This document shows positions 19,616 to 27,957 of a DNA stretch of 32,000 nucleotides, piece by piece. How positions within the stretch are numbered: position 1 is the first letter of the stretch; every line of letters starts with the position of its first letter. The stretch lies in the NCBI RefSeq assembly GCF_000733295.1, contig NZ_JPMI01000075.1, positions 18,240-50,239 of the forward strand, given 5' to 3'. This stretch comes from Archangium violaceum Cb vi76 (GTDB lineage: Bacteria > Myxococcota > Myxococcia > Myxococcales > Myxococcaceae). The translations under genes and the position numbers were made by a program. The notes below the pieces were generated by a model, which saw only the letters and a program-made list of their open reading frames with translations, had not been told where the DNA came from and did not search any database.

Positions 19616-19766
19616 GGGTCCTTATCTGGAAGAGGCCCTGAATCCTCGCGCATCCCAAAAAAGTGAAAAATCCCGGTAAAGAAGGAAGCACTGGAAGTGA
19701 ATGAGACCTGATTCCAGGGGGTTACGTGCCGGGGGCGGGGGCGGCGGAAGGGCGAGCCGGGATAAT

Positions 19767-19874
19767 TCACGGGAAATTCAGGAGCCCCAGGCGCATCGAC
19801 AGCTGGGTGCCCTCCCTGGCGCCGCCGGAGATGTCACCGCCGATGAGGTGGGGGTTGTCGGCCTCGTACTGCTT
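19767..19874 (-). pseudogene. Orphan fragment of a CrtI-family oxidoreductase 3' region
   Basis: It translates to KQYEADNPHLIGGDISGGAREGTQLSMRLGLLNFP*. The intact gene (24277-25710) has AQYEAYNPNFIGGDISGGAMEGSQLFARP at the matching position. Nucleotide similarity extends over about 70 bp (19801-19871 vs 24437-24507). Confidence 0.75.
19817..19846. repeat. Left copy of a 30-bp perfect direct repeat
   Basis: tggcgccgccggagatgtcaccgccgatga is identical to 24453-24482, in the same orientation. Confidence 0.9.
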
Positions 19875-20088
19875 ACGAGGTGTGGCTTGCCGGAGGGGTC
19901 TGCTTTTCGACGGCCGCGGCAATCAGAGGTGCCATGACGCGCAGCCCCTCCAAGGAGAGCCGGCCGGCCTGATATTGGGCATACCAAGCCCGTCGTTGGC
20001 GCAGGACTCTCTCATCATGGACGATGGGGAGGGCTCGCAGCGTGGCCTCCGCGAGGGGCCGTGCTTCCAGGGGCACCTTGCTGGTCAT
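19873..20088 (-). CDS. Small ORF (71 aa), possibly the C-terminal remnant of an HNH-partner protein
   Basis: The ATG overlaps the upstream stop as TGATG. The sequence MTSKVPLEARPLAEATLRALPIVHDERVLRQRRAWYAQY… resembles the C-terminal helical part of ATPase-associated HNH proteins, as far as I remember them. Confidence 0.35.
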   Translation of the reverse strand: MTSKVPLEARPLAEATLRALPIVHDERVLRQRRAWYAQYQAGRLSLEGLRVMAPLIAAAVEKQTPPASHTS

Positions 20089-20300
20089 CACGAGCGGAAG
20101 TGATCGACCGTGCCGTTGAGGTCCCACATCGCGGTGTAGCCACAGCGGTTCTTGAAACCGTCCATGAGCTGGCCCCGGAAGGGGGACCACAGGTCGCGAG
20201 GACGCTCGGCGTGGGGGTTTCGCGAGAGCCAGTCTTGACCCGGCCGGCGGGCCCTGGCGTTGAAGTCCGGTGGTTCCGGAACGCGTGCGACGGGAATCAT
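20088..20300 (-). CDS. Small ORF (70 aa) resembling the N-terminal half of a TIGR02646-like HNH protein
   Basis: The ATG overlaps the ATPase-like gene stop as ATGA (20297-20300). The sequence …LWSPFRGQLMDGFKNRCGYTAMWDLNGTVDHFRS* fits the …CxYxE…(V/I)(E/D)HFxP… pattern, but terminates right after DHFRS. Confidence 0.45.
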   Translation of the reverse strand: MIPVARVPEPPDFNARARRPGQDWLSRNPHAERPRDLWSPFRGQLMDGFKNRCGYTAMWDLNGTVDHFRS

Positions 20301-22915
20301 CGCACCGCACCGCTCGCGACCAGCCAGCGGGGCCAGAAGGGATCGTTCCCTGGGAGCGTCTCCTGGAGCTTCTGGTTGATCTTTCCGGGTGACTCGTAAC
20401 CGGGCAGCGCCTCGTTGCGCATGTACGCCTCCGCGGCTTCGATGGCCTGCTCTGCTTCCTGGGAGCGTGCCTGCTTGAGGCCAAAGGTCTCGGAGACGAG
20501 CCAGTTGACCGCATCTCCCTGCATGGCCCAGGGTTGCTCCTCGACGAGGATGCGGCCCTGCTCGAGGCCGAAGTGGAAGACCTTGTCCCGCTCCGTATCG
20601 AAGTGGCGCTCCAATGAGGCCATCACCAGCGGTGAATGCGTGCTGGCGACCACCTGTACCTGGACTTCTCCCGTCAGCCGCTGGATGACGCGGAGCAGGG
20701 CGGGGAGGAACAACCGCTGCCACTTGGGGTGCAGGTGTGATTCCACCTCGTCGATGAGGAGGAGCAGTCGGTGGGTAACGGGCTGCCCGGCGAGGCGTGC
20801 GGCCTCACGGTGCTCGTTCCAGGACCAGACCAGCAGATAGGCGAGACCCAGAACGCGCCTCACCGCGGCCGATGCGTGGATGACCGGTACGGTGCCGTAG
20901 GACATCTCCAGCGTGGGGATGTCCAGGGCCTGGTGGATTGAAACACGGGCCGGGCTGCCGGGACGCAGGGGCTCGTCCGGCAGTGACAGCCCCGCGAGGA
21001 CCTCCTTCAATGAATCGAAGAGGCCGGTGCGCCGGTACTGCCAATGCACCCAGTCGCGCACCAGTCCGTTGCACCAGGTGGTGCCGTGCTCGTCCAGCCC
21101 GTTCCACAGGGTCTCCGGCGTGAAGCGGTACATGGACAGTGCGTCGGCGCGGCCATTGCCGGAAGGCACGGCGTTGCGGATGGGATCCCAGACGGAGAAA
21201 CCTCCATCGGCCCGGGCGTAGAGGGCGAGGGTGTGGGAGGCGGGCCACCGCGGAGGGCGCACCCACTGCTCCCTGACCGCATCGAAGTGGCCCTCCACGT
21301 CGGGGTCCGCTTTCGCGCCCACGAGAATGGCCGCCCTGGCTCGTCCCTCCTTGATTTCCGCCGACCAGCTTCCAAGGGAAACTCCATGGGTGGCCTTCAG
21401 CTCCTCGTCGCTCAGCGAGAGCCGGACGATGGACTCGGCAAGGCCCTCGCGCAGTGCGCTCGAATGGCGCAGGGTCTTGTCCTGAATGGCCGCATAGACA
21501 CGCTCCTCCTTGGGCATGTCGTATTGGGGATCCAACTCCCCCAGCACTTCGAGAGCCACGTCAACGAAGGTTCGGAGCTGGGTGTCGGTGAGCTTCCCCG
21601 CCAGCCGTTTCCAGGCCTCAGCGGAAGAAGCCCATCTCCAGGACTTGCCTCCCCATCGCTCGGTGTCGGCCACGATGGGCATACCAGGCTCGCGGCTCCT
21701 GGCGGCGCACAGTTGCTCCACCTCCTTCGGGTCCGCTCCGAGCCGCCGGAGCGCCTCCTGATCAGCCTCGTTCGACGGCGTCCATGCGCCAGCCAGCAGC
21801 ATGACGAGCAGTGCGGCCTCGTCCTCCCTTCCTGGGCGAGAGGGGGCCCGGTAGCCCGCCAGGGTCTGATAGGCGGACACCCGCCCTCCCGCCTCCCGGG
21901 CCAGCCGCTCCGCGTCGGCTTCTCGTACACCCGCATGGACGAGCACCTCGGCGAAGGACTTGAACGGGATGGGCTCGAGCAGGACATGGGGACGTCCACT
22001 TCCCGAGGCATCTTCCGGCACCACGACGAACGCGTTGCTCGTGACCGCTTCTCCCGGGTCGAAGTCCTCGAAGCCAGGAAGGAGGACGAGCGGCTGGGCC
22101 TGATGCGCACGCACGGCCCAACGCCATGCTTCCCGGCTCTCCACGACCAGGGCCCTCGCCAACCACTGCTCCCGCTCGGTTCGTGGGGACGTCGCCAGGG
22201 ATGCGGCGACGAAGAGCAGCGCCTCCTCTCGTGTCCCGCCCCGTACATGCAGTGGCTGGGGACGAGCCCCCTTGAGCCAGTCCCGCACGAACTGCGCCGC
22301 CTTCTGTCGCTCCCGTCCCGCCACGACCAGTTCGGGGGGGCAGGGGTTGGGTCCTGCCACGACCGCTCCAGCGGTGGAGGAAGTCCTCCACATCCGTGAG
22401 CTCCGCCGCGGGTTGTTTCAGGGCGGAAGTGGAGAACCAGCATGCCACGGCCGGGGTCTGCGCCAGCCAGGCCGCGAGGTCATCCGCATCGTAGACGCGC
22501 ACGTCGGCCCAGATGCCCTGGCGTCGCTTCTCGGTGACCCAGGCCTCCTTCTCCGGCTGCCCGAAACGTCGCGCGGTGACCGCGACATAGGTCGTGCGAG
22601 AGGCGTCGATGGAAGAGGCGGAGGCCTGCTGCGTGCGCTTGGTGAAGTCTTCCTCCAGCTTCGGACGGACCCTCTTCTCCACCGAGAGCTCCCAGACCGA
22701 TGGGCCGGCTGGCCAGAACGGCCCGGCCCTGGCCGAGATCACGATGCCGTCCCACCCCTTCAGCCGTACGCCGCTGTCGGCGGGCATGCTGATGGATTGA
22801 AGGGGGCGCTCGCCAGCAACAACCTCCGCACCAACTCGGGTAGCATGGGCGGCGCGTCGGTGCGCTCGGCCCACTGAACGAGTGCCTCTCCTTTGATATC
22901 CCTCAATGAGGCCAT
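20297..22915 (-). pseudogene. Large (about 870 aa) defence-like protein: conserved N-terminal domain, helical middle, P-loop-less ABC/AAA_21-type ATPase C-terminus. It is interrupted by two homopolymer frameshifts.
   Basis: Three collinear coding segments: 22915-~22804 (MASLRDIKGEALVQWAERTDAPPMLPELVRRLLLASAP), ~22803-~22341 (LQSISMPADSGVRLKGWDG…FLHRWSGRGRTQPLPP, other frame) and ~22340-20297 (ELVVAGRERQ…). The C-terminus has LLLIDEVESHLHPKWQR and VVASTHSPLV. Confidence 0.6.
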
Positions 22916-23194
22916 GGCTTCTGCCTACCATGGCCTCCACATCCGGGGCAGTTCATGTTCCGGGGCCTGGCAGCATCCAGCATGCGCTCCTGCATCCCCG
23001 GCCGGGGAGCAAGCCCGGCGCTCCCCGGAGCAACGGACTGAAGTACTGGACCGCCACCCGCTGTGGCTCGCCCGGCACCGTCCAACCCGGAATGTTCATG
23101 GCTCTCCATTTCTGGGCGCGGGAGGGGATGGGGCCACCCGCTCCAAGGTACGATGAGCCCAGAGGCGCTCGGCGGTGGCCACAGTGGAGGGCTC

Positions 23195-23674
23195 ATGCGG
23201 ATCTGGAGATTTGTCGCCGTGGTGGCCGGGGTACTCGCCGCTGGGTGTGCCCACTCCACGGACAGCACGGCGGACGCATCCAGCAGTCGGTACCTGGAAC
23301 GTCTCGAGGCCGACGCTCGAGCCGGATGCAGTTCAGTGGGTGCACGCATCAATGCGCTGATCGCGAGGGGGCAGTTCGCCGAGGCGGAAGTATTGATCGC
23401 CGAGGCGACCGCTGGAGGGCTGATTTCGCAACCGCAGGCCGCGGAGAAGCTGCAAAAGATTGCGCAGCTGAGCACCAAGGTCGGGCAGCTTTCGGCATCC
23501 CTCCAACGCGCGAAGGATTTCCCCTCGCAGCTCAAGGACCATACCCTGTTCGAGGTGAAGCAGATGCTGGAGAACAAGAACTTCAGCCTCGCGACGGAAG
23601 CTCAGTTGAAGATGGTGAAGAAGCTGCTCGAGGATCCAGAGCGGGTCATGGAGAAGATGGGCACGGTGAGGTGA
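23195..23674 (+). CDS. Putative lipoprotein (159 aa)
   Basis: Start trimmed to MRIWRFVAVVAGVLAAGC|AHS. The mature part is helical and Lys/Glu/Gln-rich. Third-position GC is visibly lower than in neighbouring genes. Confidence 0.6.
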   Translation: MRIWRFVAVVAGVLAAGCAHSTDSTADASSSRYLERLEADARAGCSSVGARINALIARGQFAEAEVLIAEATAGGLISQPQAAEKLQKIAQLSTKVGQLSASLQRAKDFPSQLKDHTLFEVKQMLENKNFSLATEAQLKMVKKLLEDPERVMEKMGTVR

Positions 23675-23677
23675 ATC

Positions 23678-24220
23678 ATGGCGCACCCTGGATTGGAGGA
23701 CCTGGTGGAGCGATTCCGGGAGGCCCGGCGCGAGGCCGAGGCCGACCCGGGCAACCCCGGGCAACTCGAGTTGCACAGGAGACTGGCCGAGGACTGCCCC
23801 GCATTCACCCAGAACCTCCTCTTCCTGGCCTGGCGGCTCCTCCGGTTCGAAGGTCCCGAGCGGCCGCTCGAGGACCGGCTCGCTGAAGTCCAACGTCTGT
23901 TGGAAATGGCCGTCCTGGGCTCGTACCGGAGTGCTCCCGCCGTCGTGGAGCTCGGCTTCTTCCTGGACACCTACCGCGATGCTCCCCACGAGGCCGCCCG
24001 CCTCTACGAGGAGGCCGGCGCCAGGGCCCTCGAGACGGTCAGGGAGTCCTGGCGCGGATTGATTCGATACTGGAACGACGAGCGCACGAAAGAGACGCTG
24101 GAGAAGGCGCTGAAGCTCGGTGAGCTGGCGGAGAAGCTGTTCCCGGACCACACGCCGCTCATGCTCGAGGTGCTCACGACCCGGCGGTACGCGGCCCTCG
24201 ACGGGCTCCTCTCGCCGTAG
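23678..24220 (+). CDS. Hypothetical helical protein (180 aa)
   Basis: It starts 4 nt after the lipoprotein stop, so it is probably co-transcribed. Composition is protein-like. No motif recognised. Confidence 0.6.
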   Translation: MAHPGLEDLVERFREARREAEADPGNPGQLELHRRLAEDCPAFTQNLLFLAWRLLRFEGPERPLEDRLAEVQRLLEMAVLGSYRSAPAVVELGFFLDTYRDAPHEAARLYEEAGARALETVRESWRGLIRYWNDERTKETLEKALKLGELAEKLFPDHTPLMLEVLTTRRYAALDGLLSP

Positions 24221-24276
24221 CCCCCGCCGGTGCTCCCCGGTGACGTGGCCCATTGGGACGCCCATGACGAGGCCTC

Positions 24277-25710
24277 TCACCCCTTGCGCCACACCTCGCT
24301 GGCGAGCAGCGCGCGGGCGGCGAGGAAGCCACACAGCCCGTGCACGCCGGGCCCCGGAGGCGTGGAGGCCGAGCACAGGTAGAGGCGTGGGTCCGGCGTG
24401 GCGTAGGGGACGAGCCGCGCCACGGGCCGGGCGAAGAGCTGCGAGCCCTCCATGGCGCCGCCGGAGATGTCACCGCCGATGAAGTTGGGGTTGTAGGCCT
24501 CGTACTGCGCGGGCGAGCGCGTGTGCCGGGCGAGGATGCGCTCGCGGAAACCGGGAGCGCCGCGCTCCACCTGGGCCTCTATCCGCTCCGTCATGTCCTC
24601 GGTGCAGCCGTGGGGGACGTGGCAGTACGCCCAGCCGGTGTGCTGGCCCGAGGGGGCGCGGCTCGGGTCGAAGAGCGTGTGCTGGGCGAGCAGCACGTAG
24701 GGGCGCTCGGGAATCTCCCCGCGCGAGACGGCGGCCTCGCTGGCGGAGATCTCCTCCAGGGTGCCGCCGAGGTGCACGGTGCCGGCGCGGGCACACGCGG
24801 GGGCGCGCCAGGGAATGGGGCCGGAGAGGGCCCAGTCCACCTTGAAGACACCGGGCCCGTAGCGGAAGCGCTGGAGCTTCTCCACGTAGGACGGAGGCAG
24901 CCGGTGGCCGGCGAGCTTCACGAGCTGCCGGGGCGTCACGTCGAGCAGCACGGCGCGCGAGCGGGGCAGCTCGTCCACGTTGAGCACGCGGTGCCCCGTC
25001 TCCACCTCGCCGCCGAGCGCGCGCAGGTAGCTGACGAGCGCGTCCACGAGCTTCTGCGTGCCACCGCGGGGGAAGGGCCAGCCCACGGCGTGGCCGGAGG
25101 CGAGCAGCAGAATCCCGAAGGCGGAGGTGAAGGGCTTCTCCAGGGCGGAGAAGGAGTGCGCGGCGGAGCCGGCGAAGAGGGCGCGCGCGAGGGGCCCCTG
25201 GAAGGCCCGCGAGGCGAGCGAGTGCGCGGGACGCAGGGCGCGCAGGCCGAAGCGGGCGAGGCGGATGGGACGGCGGGGGAGGCGCAGCGGGTCACCGAGC
25301 TGGGCCATGACGTCGTCGAAGGCGCGCACCATGGGGCGCATCCACTTCACATAGCGCTCGGCGTCGGGGCCGAGCCCCTGGGCGGTGGCCTCGAGGGAGC
25401 GCTCGAGGAGGGCGGCGGTGCCGTTGTCGAGCGGATGGGCGAGGGGGGCCTCGGGGTGGACCCATTCGAGGCCATGGGAGGCGAGGGGCAACTGGCGGAA
25501 GAAGGGCGAGGCGGCGGCGAGCGGGTGGATGGCGGAGCAGACGTCGTGGACGAAGCCGGGGAGGGTGAGCTCGGCCGAGCGGGCGCCACCGCCGGGAGTG
25601 GGGCCGGCCTCGAAGACACGCACGGAGCGGCCCGCGCGCGCCAGGGAGATGGCGGCGGCGAGCCCGTTGGGACCGGCGCCCACCACGACGGCATCGAGCA
25701 TGGAGCTCAT
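24277..25710 (-). CDS. NAD(P)/FAD-dependent oxidoreductase, phytoene desaturase (CrtI) family
   Basis: N-terminal dinucleotide-binding fold DAVVVGAGPNGLAAAISLARAG…FEAGPTPGGGA. The C-terminal block is LYLCSASTPPGPGVHG. Confidence 0.9.
   Translation of the reverse strand: MSSMLDAVVVGAGPNGLAAAISLARAGRSVRVFEAGPTPGGGARSAELTLPGFVHDVCSAIHPLAAASPFFRQLPLASHGLEWVHPEAPLAHPLDNGTAALLERSLEATAQGLGPDAERYVKWMRPMVRAFDDVMAQLGDPLRLPRRPIRLARFGLRALRPAHSLASRAFQGPLARALFAGSAAHSFSALEKPFTSAFGILLLASGHAVGWPFPRGGTQKLVDALVSYLRALGGEVETGHRVLNVDELPRSRAVLLDVTPRQLVKLAGHRLPPSYVEKLQRFRYGPGVFKVDWALSGPIPWRAPACARAGTVHLGGTLEEISASEAAVSRGEIPERPYVLLAQHTLFDPSRAPSGQHTGWAYCHVPHGCTEDMTERIEAQVERGAPGFRERILARHTRSPAQYEAYNPNFIGGDISGGAMEGSQLFARPVARLVPYATPDPRLYLCSASTPPGPGVHGLCGFLAARALLASEVWRKG
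24453..24482. repeat. Right copy of the 30-bp perfect direct repeat (inside the oxidoreductase gene)
   Basis: Identical to 19817-19846. Confidence 0.9.
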
Positions 25711-25934
25711 GGGTCGTGGAGCTTCACCCGACCTGATGGGGACAGGAGGGAGATGTCACCGGGTTGCGTTCACCAGTGGACGTCCGAGGTCGTCTGGCAC
25801 CATGGCACCCGGGCGGGCAGGCGGGGGACGAGGGGGCGCGAGGTGCGCGGAGGGGGCGGGAATTCCCATCCTTCGGGGCGGGAGTGCGGCTCGAGCGAGT
25901 CCCGGCGCGGGGCCCGGGAGACAGGGGAGAGGAC

Positions 25935-26918
25935 ATGGCTCGCCAGGACCTGAAGGGCAAGGTCGCCATCGTGACGGGGGCGTCGAGCGGAGTGGGCTGG
26001 CAGGCGGCGGTGCGCCTGGGCGAGGCGGGGGTGAAGCTGTGCATCACCGCGCGCCGGGTGGAGGCGCTGGAGAAACTGCGCCACGAATTGGAGTCGAAGG
26101 GCGTGGAATGTATTTCAGTGCCTGGAGACGTGACGGTGCAGGCGGACGTGGAGCAGGTGGTGCGCGAGTGCCTGACGCACCATGGCCGGGTGGACATCCT
26201 GGTGAACGACGCGGGAGTGCAGTCGTACGGCTTCTTCGACGAGCTGCCGTGGGAGCACCTCACGCGCACCTTCGACATCAACGTGTTTGGCTTCATGCGC
26301 TTCGCGCGGGCGGTGCTGCCGCATTTCAAGGCGCAGGGCAGCGGCCACATCCTGAATGTGCAGTCGATGCTGTCGAAGGGCTCGGCGCCACTGCTGGCGG
26401 CGTACAGCGCGAGCAAGCACGCGACACTGGGGTGGGCGAAGTGCCTGGAGATGGAGTTGGTGGGCACGGGGATACAGGTGTCGAACGTGCTGGTGCCCTC
26501 GGTGGCGACGAACATGTTCGCGCACGCGCCGACGATGTTCGGCCTGGCGCCGAAGCCGGTGCCGCCGACGTATGACCCGGACGTGGCGGCGCGAGCGGTG
26601 GTGCGGTGCGCGACGTGGCCGGGGAGGACGGTGGTGCCTGTGTTCCTCGGAGGGCGGCTGCTGTTGTGGGTGAACGCGCTCTTCCCGAGGGTGGGCAAGG
26701 CGTTGATGGGCCGGTTCGGCGCGCGGATGCAGATGATGGACGAGCCCCTTCATCGGCCCGAGGGCAATCTCTTCCGGCCGATGGCGCAGGGCGTGGGCCC
26801 GTACGGGCCGGTGCCTCCGACGCCACTGTGGAAGCGGTTGTCGGCGACGGCGGGCCTCGCCGCGCTGTTGGGGGGCGTGGTGCTGGGCGTGGCGGGACTG
26901 GCCCGCGCGGCGCGCTGA
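25935..26918 (+). CDS. SDR-family oxidoreductase with a C-terminal hydrophobic tail
   Basis: Start at MARQDLKGKVAIVTGASSGVG (the TGxxxGxG motif), preceded by a GGGGAGAGG RBS. It has YSASKHA (YxxxK) and a C-terminal TM-like segment LAALLGGVVLGVAGL. Confidence 0.9.
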   Translation: MARQDLKGKVAIVTGASSGVGWQAAVRLGEAGVKLCITARRVEALEKLRHELESKGVECISVPGDVTVQADVEQVVRECLTHHGRVDILVNDAGVQSYGFFDELPWEHLTRTFDINVFGFMRFARAVLPHFKAQGSGHILNVQSMLSKGSAPLLAAYSASKHATLGWAKCLEMELVGTGIQVSNVLVPSVATNMFAHAPTMFGLAPKPVPPTYDPDVAARAVVRCATWPGRTVVPVFLGGRLLLWVNALFPRVGKALMGRFGARMQMMDEPLHRPEGNLFRPMAQGVGPYGPVPPTPLWKRLSATAGLAALLGGVVLGVAGLARAAR

Positions 26919-27002
26919 GAGGACTCGGGACCCTACCTCTCCCGTCAGACCTTCCTGTAGGATGTGAGCAGTCAGGCGGGAAGGCCTGCGGGAGGAGCGC
27001 GG

Positions 27003-27587
27003 ATGGGCAAGGGAAAGCGTCCAGCCACCTACGAGGACATCGAGGCGTTACCACCGGGGTGGGTGGGGGAGAGCATCGACGACGAGCTCTATGCCTTTCC
27101 CCGCCCATCGACGTGGAACCTGTGGGCGATGTCGGTGCTCGGTGCACGACTGGGGCGCACCTTTGGTGTTGGGCACGGCGGGCGGGGTGGCTGGTGGCTC
27201 GTGAGGGAGCCGGAGTGGCACTTCGGCCGGCAGGTGCTGGTGCCGGATCTGGCGGGCTGGCGTTACGAACGGGCTCCCGGGTTGTTCGAGCAGGATGCGC
27301 CCTTCTTCGACCTGACGCCCGATTGGGTCTGTGAGGTGCTCTCCCCATCCACGGAGGCGTTGGACCGGGAACACAAGCTGCGGCTCTACCATCAAGAGGG
27401 CGTGAGCCACGCGTGGTTGGTGGACCCGCGGGCGCACACGCTGGAGGTCTACCGGCGGGGGGCTCGAGGTTGGCGGCTCACACGGTACGGAGGCGGGGAA
27501 GTGGTCCACGCCGAGCCATTCGACGCCGAGCCACTGGACCTGGGGCGCCTCTGGGCGCCGGGTTCCATGCCCGCGCCCGGGCCTTGA
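27003..27587 (+). CDS. Uma2-family (DUF820) putative endonuclease
   Basis: TYEDIEALPPGW…, VPDLAGW…, PDWVCEVLSPST…DREHKLRLYHQEGVSHAWLVDP…LEVYR. This is the characteristic Uma2 PD-(D/E)xK-like layout. Confidence 0.8.
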   Translation: MGKGKRPATYEDIEALPPGWVGESIDDELYAFPRPSTWNLWAMSVLGARLGRTFGVGHGGRGGWWLVREPEWHFGRQVLVPDLAGWRYERAPGLFEQDAPFFDLTPDWVCEVLSPSTEALDREHKLRLYHQEGVSHAWLVDPRAHTLEVYRRGARGWRLTRYGGGEVVHAEPFDAEPLDLGRLWAPGSMPAPGP

Positions 27588-27597
27588 TGCTCATGGT

Positions 27598-27957
27598 CTA
27601 CGAAGGAGGCGCGCCCAGGGTTCGGAGGAAATCCTCCACGGTGGTGGTGGGGTGAAGCACGAGGAAGTGCCCTTCGCTGGAGACGGAGACCTGCTCGGCC
27701 AGCAGGACGGAGCGGCACCAGAGGGCAAGCTCGGCACAGTCATGCGCATCTCCCGTGAAGTCGAGTGATGGGACCGGGCGGCAGAGGGACCCGGTGACGG
27801 AAGCGTGCACCATGGGTACCTGGAAGGAGAGGGTGCGGTGCGGGTTCGTGTCCGGCTCCAGTTTGACGTGGGCGGAGGGCCAGTGCTGGCGGAGGCTCTG
27901 GGCGAAATCGCTGGGAGGCAGGCTCCACCGAGGCCTGGCGGTGAGGCTGTAGTTCCT
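27598..27957 (-). pseudogene. Second tandem paralog of the 27958-28335 ORF, with no start codon at the homologous position
   Basis: Directly after the TAG of the upstream copy, the same frame continues as RNYSLTARPRWSLPPSDFAQSLRQHW…VPMVHASVTGSL…AELALWCRSV…. This is collinear with NYFLVMLSGWRFSARDFKHRLLTRW…LPMVHSRLEGAL…AEFALWVRSF…. The first ATG gives only 71 aa. Confidence 0.4.

Noticed and set aside
12442-19666. Long plus-strand ORFs across the cassette (12442-14172, 14097-15374, 15596-16339, 16017-17081, 17338-18555, 18227-19666).
   Set aside because: They mirror the minus-strand genes. They have low-complexity G/A/R/V composition, no signal peptides and no motifs. The paralog conservation pattern fits the minus-strand frames.
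21762-22940. 392-aa minus-strand ORF taken as an intact gene.
   Set aside because: Only its middle part (about 22341-22803) is protein-like. Both ends are Arg/Gly-rich out-of-frame read-through. It is one segment of the frameshifted 20297-22915 gene.
22903-23886. ORFs 22903-23577 (minus strand) and 22906-23886 (plus strand) in the divergent intergenic and lipoprotein region.
   Set aside because: They are Cys/Ser/Ala-rich or Arg/Gly-rich with no motifs, and they overlap the better-supported lipoprotein and 180-aa genes.
19817-24482. A mobile element with its own recombinase inside the repeat-bracketed segment.
   Set aside because: No integrase, transposase or recombinase motifs were seen in any frame, and there are no inverted terminal repeats. 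It is therefore reported only as an insertion scar, not as a mobile_element feature.
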